Positions 44,296-53,426 of a stretch of 64,000 nucleotides of DNA are shown piece by piece. The translations under genes were made by a program, and so were the position numbers. Numbering within the stretch: position 1 is the stretch's first letter; every line of letters begins with the position of its first letter. Source of the DNA: a virus; the IMG/VR virus record IMGVR_UViG_3300044691_000566, positions 95,747 through 159,746 of that record, one strand, 5' to 3'. Under the pieces are notes generated by a model. That model worked only from the letters and a program-made list of their open reading frames with translations, ran no database searches and had not been told where the DNA came from.

Positions 44296-46880
44296 CGGCT
44301 ACGGCGACCGAGGCCCCCTCCGGCCAGTCGCCGGAGGGGGCTCTCTACTTTTCGCCTCGCGGTCTGTACCCGTTCCAGGCCGACCACATAGCGCGGATCT
44401 ACCTGGGCATCCAGTCCGGCATACCGGAGTGGATGATCGTCTGGGACACCGGGCTGGGGAAGGCGGAGCCCATATCCGAGCCCGTGCTGACTCCGGTTGG
44501 CTGGGTTCCCATGGGCGACTTGCGAGTGGGACATCAGGTCATCGCGGCGAACGGCCGACCGGCGAAGATCCTTGCTGTGCACCCGCAGGAGTCCCGCGAG
44601 GTGTACCGAGTGGCCTTCTCCGACGGCTCCTGGACCAGGTGCAGTCCCGAACACCTGTGGACGGTCTCCTACTGGGGACCTGACCGATCCTCGGGCAAGC
44701 AGGTTCGGGTCCGGCGGAGCAAGACCGTCACCTTGCGCCAGCTCATGGCTGAGGGGGTCACCACTCCGAAGGGGCGTCGGAAGTTCTCCATCCCCATGAC
44801 CGCCCCGGTGCAGTACCCGGAGCGCAATCTGCCCATGGACCCGTATGCCCTCGGGGTCGTCCTCGGCGACGGCAATGTGAACCCTCGCGGATATGTCTCG
44901 CTGACCACCGACAAGGAGATCATCGACGCCTTGGCCGTCCCGGGGTCCCGGTACGAACACCGTTCTGCTGGCGTGGCGGTCCTGAACACCAACGCGTGGA
45001 GAGAGGTCCTGACGGGCCTCGGACTGGCCGGACGCCGGGCCTGGGAGAAGTCCGTCCCAGAGATCTACCTGCGAGCCCCAGAGGACAGCCGCAGGGCCCT
45101 CCTGGCCGGTTTGCTGGACACGGACGGGTCGCCGATCGAAGAGGGCGGAGTCGAGTTCTCCACGACCTCAGAGGCCCTGCTGGACGCGGTGATCGAGCTG
45201 ACCGAGTCGCTCGGCGGACAGGCCCGCAGCAAATCGTCTCGGTTCACGACCTACACGCACAACGAGGAGACGAAGCGGGGGCGCAAGTCCTGGCGGGTAA
45301 ACGTCAAGCTCAACGAGCAGCCGTTCCGTCTGGCGCGCAAGATGATCCGCTGGACCGAGCCGACTAAGTACCCGGTCCAGCGAATCATCGAGTCCATCGA
45401 GCGCGTGGAGGATGAGGATTCGGTCTGCATCACCATCGACCGCTCAGACGGCCTCTACCTCACCCGCAGCCACATCGTCACGCACAACAGCCATGCCGCC
45501 ATGCGGCTGACCACCCTCGGCTTCGAGGACGACGCGGTGGACTTCGTGCTGCTGGTGTGCGAGCGGGGGAAGCTCAAGGAGTGGCAGGCGGACTTCGAGG
45601 AGTTCACCACGCTCGACACCCGGATCCATCACGGGCCGTCCCGGAACGGGAAGCTGGCCAAGCTCGGGCTACCTCAGGTCTTGATCACCACCTTCGAGAC
45701 CGGCAAGGCCGATCTGGTGGTGATGGAGAAGACCGGCCGCAAGCGGCGCACGTTCGAGACCGGTCCGCTGCTCACGCGGATACTCGAACACTCCAGACGT
45801 CCCATGATCATCTTCGACGAGGCCGACCGGCTGAGCAACCGGTCGGCCGCAAACTATCGGGCGTATGAACACGTCCTCAGGACCTTCCGTAAGGTTTTTA
45901 AAATCCCCGTCCTCATGCTGACCGGGACTCCGATCCGGCGGGACTGGGAGGGCTCATTCAACCAGCTCCGCCTGCTCCGACCTGCATCAATGCCTCTCGT
46001 AGGGGAGTTCGAAAAGTACTTCGTACGGGGGAGGGACGACTACGGCCGGGCCCGGTACCACGACTACCGCATGCCGGAGTTCGCCAACCTCTGCTCGCCC
46101 ATGCTGCTGGCCAAGTCCAAGACCGACCCCGACGTCATCGCCCAGTTCCCCGTGTCGACCGAGGAGGCGTTCTGGGTGGACCTGGAGGGGGAGCAGAGGA
46201 AGTTCTACGATTTTGTCGCGGAGCTGGACGCCCCGGGTCAGATGGCGGCTCTCCGGCAGATCTGCGCCCACCCGGCGGCCCTCCTCCACTCGGCCACCGA
46301 GGGCAAGTCCAAGCTGGCCAGGGCCCTCGTGGACGAGTTCGGCGAGGACTACATACGCTCGCTGCCCTCGGCGAAAACCGACGCCCTGGTCCGCTACGTG
46401 GAGCCGATCGTCAAAGGTCAGGACGCCAAGGTTCTGGTCTTCACCTTCTTCGGCCCCTCGGTGATACCGCACCTGCGCGCGGCACTGACCGCCCGGCACG
46501 TCCCGGTCTTCACCCACGACGACGAAGACGGCATCGAGAATTTTAAGAAGCACCCGGGGGGTGGCGTCCTGCTCGCCTCCGACGCGGTGGCCCGGGGGAT
46601 CAACCTGCCCGAGGCCAGCTACCTGATCGAGTACGACGTGGCTTCGACGTTCGGCCTGCGGACCCAGCGGCTGAACCGGGCCTCCAGGATCGGCAAGGGC
46701 GGCCCCACACTCACCATCCGGACCATGCTGGCGCGGGAGAGCCTTGAGATCGCGCTGCTGCACAACATGCTGGAGGGCAACGCCCAGGCCGACGCCCTGC
46801 TCGGTCACGGTGTGGACGGCTCGGAGTTCATGACGGCCGCCATGCGGCGGAAGATCCTCACCGAGGGCATGGGGGAATGA
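44292..46880 (+). CDS. SNF2-like SF2 helicase interrupted by an intein
   Basis: LYPFQ, DTGLGK|S (split by the intein), FDEAD, LTGTP, ARGINL, QRLNRASRIG. Confidence 0.85.
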   Translation: MTATATEAPSGQSPEGALYFSPRGLYPFQADHIARIYLGIQSGIPEWMIVWDTGLGKAEPISEPVLTPVGWVPMGDLRVGHQVIAANGRPAKILAVHPQESREVYRVAFSDGSWTRCSPEHLWTVSYWGPDRSSGKQVRVRRSKTVTLRQLMAEGVTTPKGRRKFSIPMTAPVQYPERNLPMDPYALGVVLGDGNVNPRGYVSLTTDKEIIDALAVPGSRYEHRSAGVAVLNTNAWREVLTGLGLAGRRAWEKSVPEIYLRAPEDSRRALLAGLLDTDGSPIEEGGVEFSTTSEALLDAVIELTESLGGQARSKSSRFTTYTHNEETKRGRKSWRVNVKLNEQPFRLARKMIRWTEPTKYPVQRIIESIERVEDEDSVCITIDRSDGLYLTRSHIVTHNSHAAMRLTTLGFEDDAVDFVLLVCERGKLKEWQADFEEFTTLDTRIHHGPSRNGKLAKLGLPQVLITTFETGKADLVVMEKTGRKRRTFETGPLLTRILEHSRRPMIIFDEADRLSNRSAANYRAYEHVLRTFRKVFKIPVLMLTGTPIRRDWEGSFNQLRLLRPASMPLVGEFEKYFVRGRDDYGRARYHDYRMPEFANLCSPMLLAKSKTDPDVIAQFPVSTEEAFWVDLEGEQRKFYDFVAELDAPGQMAALRQICAHPAALLHSATEGKSKLARALVDEFGEDYIRSLPSAKTDALVRYVEPIVKGQDAKVLVFTFFGPSVIPHLRAALTARHVPVFTHDDEDGIENFKKHPGGGVLLASDAVARGINLPEASYLIEYDVASTFGLRTQRLNRASRIGKGGPTLTIRTMLARESLEIALLHNMLEGNAQADALLGHGVDGSEFMTAAMRRKILTEGMGE
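44463..45488 (+). mobile_element. class 3-type intein with a LAGLIDADG homing endonuclease (342 aa)
   Basis: Starts AEPISEPVLTP, ends IVTHN|S; EHLW (block B Trp), SVCITID (block F Cys), LLAGLLDTDG. Confidence 0.85.
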
Positions 46881-46881
46881 C

Positions 46882-46968
46882 GAAGAGGTCCTCCGTAGAG
46901 GACCTCTTCTCCCTGCCGTGCCTGGCCTCGCCTCGCCTAGCCATGCCCCGCAAGACCTGACTCTATCA
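46882..46968 (-). ncRNA. dispersed GGY/NN repeat RNA unit D
   Basis: TGATAGAGTCA; NN = GG AT TA GA GA CA AC AG; cUACGg hairpin. Confidence 0.7.
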
Positions 46969-46983
46969 GCCCCAGGAGACCCC

Positions 46984-47268
46984 GTGGTGGACCTCGGTCC
47001 TCTCGACGATCCGGCCTACCAACCCGTTCACGCGCCGCAGGACGGCCGTGTGCCGCCCGTGGTGGCCCGCTGGGGGAAGAACTCCCAGCTCCGCTGGTTC
47101 AGGCGCTTCGGGGCCAAGCTGAAGCTCCGGGAGAACGAGGTCTCCGGGTTCTGGGTCTGGTCCGAGCACCATCGGGGGTCTCACTGCGGAGCGTGCCTCA
47201 ACGAGGAGTACGAGGGCACCGGAGTGATCATGGACGGCTGGTGCTGCTGCCGGGACAGCCGAATGTGA
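46984..47268 (+). CDS. small Cys/His-rich hypothetical protein
   Basis: RBS AGGAG; HHRGSHCGAC...WCCCR. Confidence 0.6.
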   Translation: MVDLGPLDDPAYQPVHAPQDGRVPPVVARWGKNSQLRWFRRFGAKLKLRENEVSGFWVWSEHHRGSHCGACLNEEYEGTGVIMDGWCCCRDSRM

Positions 47269-47269
47269 T

Positions 47270-47900
47270 CGACTTGCTACTACGGCATTCGTTGGAGTAG
47301 CGTCTTCCACGTCAGCCCGAGCCGCACTTGGACGCAGCTCGGTAGGGCGATGCACAGCATGACGGCGGCCAGGGGTCTGAGGAAGTCCCCGGCCGCCCAG
47401 AAGCTCCCATGAGATCAGTCCGACTAGGTAGTTCCGCTGATGGGAAGGCGGGGCGTAACGAATCCGGACCCCTGCGGGGAAGCACGGTCTCATGGGCTCC
47501 CAGGCGCTAAAGCTGAGGTCCAGCCCACCTTGCGCCGAAACGGGTAGGTCGGGACACCTCTATGAGGTGTACAGCTCCTGGTCAGCCCCACCAGGGACCG
47601 CAACGGGGCACCTATACGCACGCGGGGCCAGTCGTGATCGAGCCGGTGAATCGACTGGTCCCGCGTGTCCTCGACCGGTATGGCCTCGTTAGGCCATCCG
47701 CGCGACGGGTCAGCCCCACCCGTGGTCGGAAACGGGGCACCCTGGATCCGCGTCGGTCTCCGTTCCGGCGTGACCGGGTAGATCCGGTTTCATCCCTACC
47801 GGATCAGAAACGGTGAGCCGCGTCCTCTTGCCAGCCCGGAAACAAGGACGTAGGGGAGAGCGCACCAGTTCTAGGATCCCCTTCCGTGCAGGCGGAGGGG
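47270..47900 (+). ncRNA. large structured non-coding RNA candidate
   Basis: No ORF with phage codon bias; many stems with G.U pairs and GNRA-like loops; duplicated hairpin/pseudoknot module; boundaries approximate. Confidence 0.6.
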
Positions 47901-47952
47901 GATGGTGCGGGGCAACGACCGTACAGCCCGAACGGCCCCGGATCGGGCACAA

Positions 47953-47991
47953 AGAAGGGCCTGGACAACTCGTGGAGTCCGGGCCCTTCTT
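47953..47991. terminator. hairpin between convergent units
   Basis: AGAAGGGCCTGGAC...GTCCGGGCCCTTCT. Confidence 0.55.
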
Positions 47992-48019
47992 CATGCCCGG
48001 GAACGAGAGGTCCAACAAC

Positions 48020-48121
48020 GAAGGGGACCACCCGGAGGTGGTCCCCTTCTCCCTGCCAAGCCAAGCCCCGCCACGCCATACCCTGCCGCGCCTCGCCATG
48101 CCTCAAGACCTGACTCTATCA
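48020..48121 (-). ncRNA. dispersed GGY/NN repeat RNA unit E
   Basis: TGATAGAGTCA; NN = GA AT GA GC AG AT GT GG TT TT AG; cUCCGg hairpin. Confidence 0.7.
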
Positions 48122-48128
48122 GCCCCCA

Positions 48129-48344
48129 TTACACGGGCGGGTGCGAGTGCAGATGGTTCGTACGCTTCCTGCCGCCGCAGGAGTCCCGGTTCTGGCAGAA
48201 GGCCCCGACACCCCGGCAGTGGTAACAGGTGCTCTCGCCGGGGAGTTCGCTCGTCGGCAGCATCCCCACGTAGTGCTTGCCCTCCGCGACGCGCCCCTGG
48301 CCGAAGCACCCCTGGCAGTGCAGATGGGGTCCGGGACACAGCAT
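48129..48344 (-). CDS. small DnaJ-type CxxCxGxG zinc-finger protein
   Basis: CQGCFGQG and CYHCRGVG. Confidence 0.6.
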   Translation of the reverse strand: MLCPGPHLHCQGCFGQGRVAEGKHYVGMLPTSELPGESTCYHCRGVGAFCQNRDSCGGRKRTNHLHSHPPV

Positions 48345-48514
48345 CAGCGGCTACCGCCCCGGACCTGTCCGGTGCCCTTGCAGGTGTCGCAGCGCTCGGA
48401 CTGGACGATGGTCTTGCCGTCTGTGTTCTGCCGCTCGACCATGTTGAAGCCCCGGCCCTCGCAGGATCCGCAGTCCTGGAAGACCTCGGATTTCTTGCCG
48501 CGTCTGAATCCCAT
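48344..48514 (-). CDS. small DnaJ-type CxxCxGxG zinc-finger protein (56 aa, absent from the ORF track)
   Basis: MGFRRGKKSEVFQDCGSCEGRG...RCDTCKGTGQV; RBS GAGGGGG; TGATG overlap with the next gene. Confidence 0.65.
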   Translation of the reverse strand: MGFRRGKKSEVFQDCGSCEGRGFNMVERQNTDGKTIVQSERCDTCKGTGQVRGGSR

Positions 48515-48537
48515 GTGTGCCCCCTCGGGCCTCGTCC

Positions 48538-48555
48538 GTGGACCTGACTCTATCA
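48538..48555 (-). promoter_or_regulatory. leader/promoter TGATAGAGTCAGGTCC without a GGY tract, upstream of the zinc-finger genes
   Basis: Same leader as the repeat units, followed directly by an RBS and ATG. Confidence 0.6.
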
Positions 48556-48585
48556 GGGCGTGTTGGTCGCGTCACGCAGAATGAC

Positions 48586-48686
48586 GAAGGGGCACCCCCG
48601 TAGAGGTGCCCCTTCTCCCTGCCGTGCCAAGCCCTACCCTGCCCTGCCATGCCAGGCCGAGCCATGCCAAGGACTTGACTCTATCA
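48586..48686 (-). ncRNA. dispersed GGY/NN repeat RNA unit G
   Basis: TGATAGAGTCA, whose TGA is the antirepressor stop; NN = TT AT TC CT AT AG AG AG TT AC AG; cUACGg hairpin. Confidence 0.7.
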
Positions 48687-49565
48687 GGACTTGCGCCCTA
48701 TCGGGATCACGTCGGCGTTGCGGTCCGGCACCGCGCTCAGGGCCGGGCGCTGCTGCTGCTGGCGCAGACGCTGCTGGATCCAGACCAAACCGTCCGGAGT
48801 CACCCTTATCTCCGCAAATCCGCTGGGATTGATCCGGAGCCGGAGATGGATCAGGTGCTCGCTGTACGGCACCGGCTGGCCGTCCCTGCGGCGGTAGACC
48901 ATGCGCACCTCCTCGATCCACCTGAACAGCCGTCCAGGCCCGGTGGAGATCCCCGGGTCCCGGTTGAGGATCGCGGCGGCCTCGGCCACCGAGCAGTCCC
49001 CTTGACCGGCCGCCAGGGCGTTCCACGCCTCCGCCGGAGGCCGCAGCTCCTCCACGAGCTGCTCGGCCCTCTGTTGGGCCTCCAGGGCATCCGCCCAGCC
49101 CCTCAGGGCCTCGGCATGGCTCGGCATCTGCGGAGCCGGGGGAGCAGGCGCGGGAGGGGCGTTCAGGGCCTCCTCGATGGCCTCCATACGCATGGTCTTG
49201 ACCACGAAGTACTGCTGGGCCAGGGCGATCTGGGATTTTTTCACGTCGCCGCTCATGGCGGCGAAATAGCACGCCGCCCGGGTCAGCCGGAAGTCCACGG
49301 AGGGGCGTCCGCCCTGGTCAGGGGTTTGTGTCGGTTTGCCGACATTAACCTCCGGGGTCCGCTTGATCAGCCGGAAGTGGTCCCGGACGTCGTACAGGGA
49401 GTCGGTGCTCATCGCGGTGCGGGCCTTGCCGATCACCCCGTTGAAGTGCCGCCACTGCGTGTATCCCATCAAACCGGCCAACTCCCGGGCGAACCAGTAC
49501 TCTCCGTCGTCGTCCACGTACTTGATCGTGTCGAAGGGGGATGACGCTCGTCTCTCAATTGCCAC
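48684..49565 (-). CDS. phage antirepressor (BRO-N/DinD-like N-terminus, KilA-C/ANT-like C-terminus)
   Basis: EYWFARELAGLMGYTQW, DFRLTRAACY, IALAQQYF; AEALRGWAD...SVAEAA...VTPDG. Confidence 0.85.
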   Translation of the reverse strand: MAIERRASSPFDTIKYVDDDGEYWFARELAGLMGYTQWRHFNGVIGKARTAMSTDSLYDVRDHFRLIKRTPEVNVGKPTQTPDQGGRPSVDFRLTRAACYFAAMSGDVKKSQIALAQQYFVVKTMRMEAIEEALNAPPAPAPPAPQMPSHAEALRGWADALEAQQRAEQLVEELRPPAEAWNALAAGQGDCSVAEAAAILNRDPGISTGPGRLFRWIEEVRMVYRRRDGQPVPYSEHLIHLRLRINPSGFAEIRVTPDGLVWIQQRLRQQQQRPALSAVPDRNADVIPIGRKS

Positions 49566-49668
49566 GTATGCTCCTCAGCGGTTCCCACAGGGCCATCAGG
49601 TGCGGTCGTCCCCGAAGTCCGGAGGGGGCGGCCGTCCTGCTTTCCCGGGATCCTAGGCCCCCAGGCCC

Positions 49669-50754
49669 TTACGCGGTCAAGGGCTGCACCATAAAGGGCT
49701 TCAGCTCCTCGTAGATCAGGTCCTCGGCCTCCCACCGGGTCAGGCCGTCCCGGCGGGCCTCCCGCTTGGACTTCCGGCTGAGGATCCCGACCAGGCGGTC
49801 CCAGCACTGGTTGGTGCCCAGGTCCTCGATCCAGTCCTTCAGCATCCGGACCTCCACGATCCGGTCCCGCCACATGTCGCGGACGGTCCGGCCGACCACG
49901 GTCCCCAGGCGCTTGAGCGCGTTGTGCTCGTGGTGCTGGATCAGGGCCTTGACCGCGCGGCGCCCGAACTTCAGGAAGCTCTCCCGGTGGTCCTCGTGGA
50001 CCATCATCGAGAAGTCGACGGTGACCAGGACCCGGCGGCCCTCCTTGGCCCGGCGGGCGAAGCCGTAGTCCACCAGGCCGCCGACGATCCGCCGGAGCTG
50101 GCGTTCCCCCACACGGAGGATTTTCTCCAGCTCGTCCAGGCCGAAGGTCTGCGCCCTCATCCCCGTCACCATGGCCAGGACCCACCCAGCGTCACCGAAA
50201 TGCTGTCCTCCCCCGTTGTGCTCCGAGGGGTTGGACCAGAGGTCCATGCCCGGGTCCAGGGCCTTCAGCACCTCCGGGGGGATACCGGCCGGATGCCGAG
50301 CACCTCTGGTCTTCTCCTCTTCTTCTTTCAGTACTACTAGCTTTTCAGCACCTATCTCCTGGTCTTTTTTAGAGGTACTTCTAGTAGTAGACCAAGGGTG
50401 CTCGACGTCCGACCGGTACCGCCTGACGTGCAGGGACATGGGCCTGCGCTCGGTCTCGTCGGGGGAGAACTGCCCACGGTTGGTGCAGGAGAGCAGGACC
50501 GTCCCGGCCCCGGCCTCGGGGATGACCTTCAGGATCGTGTCGTCGCAGAGTCCGGACGCCAGCTCGATCTGCCGCAGCCCCTGGGGGTTCTGCATGACCA
50601 GCCCGAGGGCGATGCGGGCCTCGGCGGCAGTGACCGCTCCGTCACTCAGCGCGTGGGCGATGGCGTAGACCGGATGGTCGGTATTGACGACGTCAGGACC
50701 ATGATCGACGTGACTCGTCGATTCGCTTCCGCTACGGTGATCGAACAACTTCAT
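49669..50754 (-). CDS. HTH-containing protein, possibly a replication initiator
   Basis: 3' part of the 1003-aa track ORF; ELEKILRVGERQLRRIVGGLVDYG wHTH; internal AT-rich linker; start uncertain. Confidence 0.5.
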   Translation of the reverse strand: MKLFDHRSGSESTSHVDHGPDVVNTDHPVYAIAHALSDGAVTAAEARIALGLVMQNPQGLRQIELASGLCDDTILKVIPEAGAGTVLLSCTNRGQFSPDETERRPMSLHVRRYRSDVEHPWSTTRSTSKKDQEIGAEKLVVLKEEEEKTRGARHPAGIPPEVLKALDPGMDLWSNPSEHNGGGQHFGDAGWVLAMVTGMRAQTFGLDELEKILRVGERQLRRIVGGLVDYGFARRAKEGRRVLVTVDFSMMVHEDHRESFLKFGRRAVKALIQHHEHNALKRLGTVVGRTVRDMWRDRIVEVRMLKDWIEDLGTNQCWDRLVGILSRKSKREARRDGLTRWEAEDLIYEELKPFMVQPLTA

Positions 50755-50947
50755 TGGGCGGTTCCCGGGATTAGAGATCGGACGGGGGCCGCAACAGGGC
50801 GGCTCTCGTAGGGGGAGCAGGCCCTGGAGGATGCGGGATTGCCGTCCCAACTCCTTGACCTGTGACAGGGATCGTACACGCGAGTGTCCCCTGGACATGA
50901 ACCCCCCGGACCGTCTGGTCCTGGGGGTTTCGGTTTTTAAAATCCCT

Positions 50948-50977
50948 CTTCCACTCCAAGGATCCTTGGTGTAGTCT
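50948..50977 (+). promoter_or_regulatory. promoter with operator ACTCCAAGGATCCTTGGTGT
   Basis: Palindrome CCAAGGATCCTTGG followed by -10-like TAGTCT; homologous to the RAMP-gene promoter spacer. Confidence 0.6.
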
Positions 50978-50982
50978 GGTGC

Positions 50983-53145
50983 ATGCCAGAGAGCGACACC
51001 GAGGAGGGCCCTATGACCGTTGTGGACACCGTGACCCAGCTCCCGCACATACCCGAGAACTTCTCCGTCGTGGAGGGGGCCTTCGCCGCGCACCTGCCGG
51101 GCTACGAGCCCCGCAAGCCGCAGCAGGCCATGGCGAGCGCGATCGAGGTGGCCCTGGCCGACAGCAGGTCCCTCTACGTGCAGGCGGGCTGCGGTACCGG
51201 CAAGTCCCTCGGCGGCATGGTCCCCGCGCTCCTCCAGGCCCTGCACCAGAAGACCCGCCTCATCGTGGCCACGGCCACCAAGGCCCTCCAGGAGCAGTAC
51301 GCCAACAGCGACATTCCGTTCCTCCAGGAGCACTCCGGCATCCCCTTCACCTGGGCGCTGGTCAAGGGCCGCAGCAATTACACCTGCCAGGTCAAGCTGA
51401 ACAGCGACGACATGGAGCACGACGCCACCGCCCAGGCCGTCAAGGCCGAGCTGGCCGCCGACGAGGAGCACTCCGGCGACCGCGAGCACTTCGGTGTCCA
51501 GATCGACGACCTGGCCTGGCGGAAGCTCTCCAGCGGCAGCAGCGAGTGCCCGGGAAAATCCCAGTGCCCGTTCGGCGAGGTCTGCTACGCCGAGAAGGCC
51601 AAGAAGAAGGGCAACGAGTCCGACCTGGTGATCACCAACCAGGCGATGCTCGCCACCGACCTGGTCATCCGGGAGAAGACGCGGAGCGAGAACAGCGACG
51701 GCATCGCGATGCTCGGCGACTACGGCATCGTCCTCCTGGACGAGGGCCACGAGTGGCCGGAGATCGTGGCCAACACGCTGGGCAACGAGTTCACCCCGCG
51801 CGGGGTGCCCTTCCTCCTGCGGGACGCGCTGTCGTTCGTCTCCCTGCACGGCGGCAACGGGGACGACGAGAACCCTGCTGCGGCGGCCATGCAGCAGCGG
51901 GTCGACGAGTGCTCGAAGATCATGAACCAGCTCGACGAGCTGGCCCTCCCGCTGGTCGGCGAGGCCCTGACCCAGAGCTGGTTCGTCGACCACTACGGCC
52001 CCTTCGCGGACCTGAACGACCTGCTCAAGTCGGTCTACCTGGACCTGCGGGGCGTGAAGGTCCGCAACGACGTGGACCGCCAGCAGGGCAAGCTGAAGCT
52101 GCTGCTGACCCGCATCGAGAACACCCTCAAGGTCCTGGAGGAGCTGCTGTTCTCCGAGGACCACGAGCGCGTCCGCTGGGTCGATGGCTACAAGGTCCGC
52201 GAGGAGGACCACTGGCGCCTGAAGGTCGCGCCGGTCGACGTGGCCCCGTTCCTGACGAAGATGCTCTGGGAGGAGACCCCCACCATCGTGATGTCCGCGA
52301 CCCTGTCGGCGGGCAAGGACCGGAACGGCAACGCGGACTTCGGCTACATCAAGCGGACCTCGGGCCTGGAGGACGCCGGGACGGTGGACGTCGGCACCCC
52401 GTTCGACCTCCCGAAGCAGGCCCGCATGTTCGTGCCCGCCCCCACCCAGCCGTCCCCCAAGGAGTACGGCGCCTGGTCCGGCTACGCGATCCGGACGACC
52501 CTGGAACTGGTCGACGCCGCCAAGGGCGGGGCGCTGCTGCTCTACACGAGCCGCAAGGCGATGGAGGCCGCGCACGAGGACCTCAAGGACCGCCTGGAGG
52601 ACCGGGGGTTGACCGTGCTCATGCAGGGCGACGGCCGGAGCAACAAGGAGCTGGCGAAGATCTTCAAGGCGGACACCCACTCGGTGTTGTTCGCTCTGAA
52701 AAGTTTTTTCGTCGGAGTGGACGTCCCCGGTGACGCCTGCCGCCTGGTCATTGTGGACAAGCTGCCTTTTCCGGTCCCTTCCGACCCGATCTTCCAGGCG
52801 CGTGCCCTGGCCGAGGAGCGGGCCGGACGCCGGTCCTTTTCGACCCTGAGCATCCCGATGATGACCCTGTCGCTGGAGCAGGCCGTCGGCCGCCTGATCC
52901 GGACAAAGACCGACAAAGGCGTGGTTGCGATCTTGGACAGTCGCCTGACCAGCACCCCGTACGGCCGGGGCATCGTCACCGCCCTGCCGAACTTCCCGGT
53001 GACCACCAAGATCAGCGACGTCCAGGAGTTCTACGGCGGCCAGACGACTTCCGACCGCCCGGAGTCCACGCTCGCCGACCTGGCGGCCGGGCCCCAGGCG
53101 ACCGTGGGAGAGGTCACCACGGCTTGGAAGAACGGCCTCCGGTGA
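50983..53145 (+). CDS. dinG: DinG/YoaA-family helicase
   Basis: GYEPRKPQ, QAGCGTGKS, TATKALQEQ, KGRSNY.C, FeS cysteines, LDEGH, SATL, GVDVPG, DKLPF, QAVGRLIR. Confidence 0.9.
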   Translation: MPESDTEEGPMTVVDTVTQLPHIPENFSVVEGAFAAHLPGYEPRKPQQAMASAIEVALADSRSLYVQAGCGTGKSLGGMVPALLQALHQKTRLIVATATKALQEQYANSDIPFLQEHSGIPFTWALVKGRSNYTCQVKLNSDDMEHDATAQAVKAELAADEEHSGDREHFGVQIDDLAWRKLSSGSSECPGKSQCPFGEVCYAEKAKKKGNESDLVITNQAMLATDLVIREKTRSENSDGIAMLGDYGIVLLDEGHEWPEIVANTLGNEFTPRGVPFLLRDALSFVSLHGGNGDDENPAAAAMQQRVDECSKIMNQLDELALPLVGEALTQSWFVDHYGPFADLNDLLKSVYLDLRGVKVRNDVDRQQGKLKLLLTRIENTLKVLEELLFSEDHERVRWVDGYKVREEDHWRLKVAPVDVAPFLTKMLWEETPTIVMSATLSAGKDRNGNADFGYIKRTSGLEDAGTVDVGTPFDLPKQARMFVPAPTQPSPKEYGAWSGYAIRTTLELVDAAKGGALLLYTSRKAMEAAHEDLKDRLEDRGLTVLMQGDGRSNKELAKIFKADTHSVLFALKSFFVGVDVPGDACRLVIVDKLPFPVPSDPIFQARALAEERAGRRSFSTLSIPMMTLSLEQAVGRLIRTKTDKGVVAILDSRLTSTPYGRGIVTALPNFPVTTKISDVQEFYGGQTTSDRPESTLADLAAGPQATVGEVTTAWKNGLR

Positions 53146-53426
53146 CCCGGCCGGTGCTGTACTTCGTGCTCGCGTGCTCCCGGCACCAGTCCATGGACTG
53201 GTGCCGGGAGCACGACGTTCGCCCTCACCGGCCCGGGGTCTCCATCGATAATCGCGAGGAACCGGTGGCGCTCCACGTCACAGACATCCAGCGGCTCCGG
53301 GGCCTCCAGGGGTCCGGCCCCATTGAGGTCGTCACGACGGGGAACTGGTATCACCTCCGGGCTTCCGGAGAACTGCTGGAGGTCGCCGAGCGCATTGCCC
53401 AGGTCGCCAACGAGGACAGGTCCTGA
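53142..53426 (+). CDS. hypothetical protein
   Basis: GTGA overlap with the dinG stop; its stop is the TGA of the next leader. Confidence 0.55.
   Translation: MTRPVLYFVLACSRHQSMDWCREHDVRPHRPGVSIDNREEPVALHVTDIQRLRGLQGSGPIEVVTTGNWYHLRASGELLEVAERIAQVANEDRS

Noticed and set aside
47370-47880. RNase P RNA, tmRNA or group II intron identity for the large ncRNA
   Set aside because: GAGGAAGTCC only partly resembles the RNase P motif and the matching 3' P4 strand was not found. There are no tRNA-like ends and no convincing domain V.
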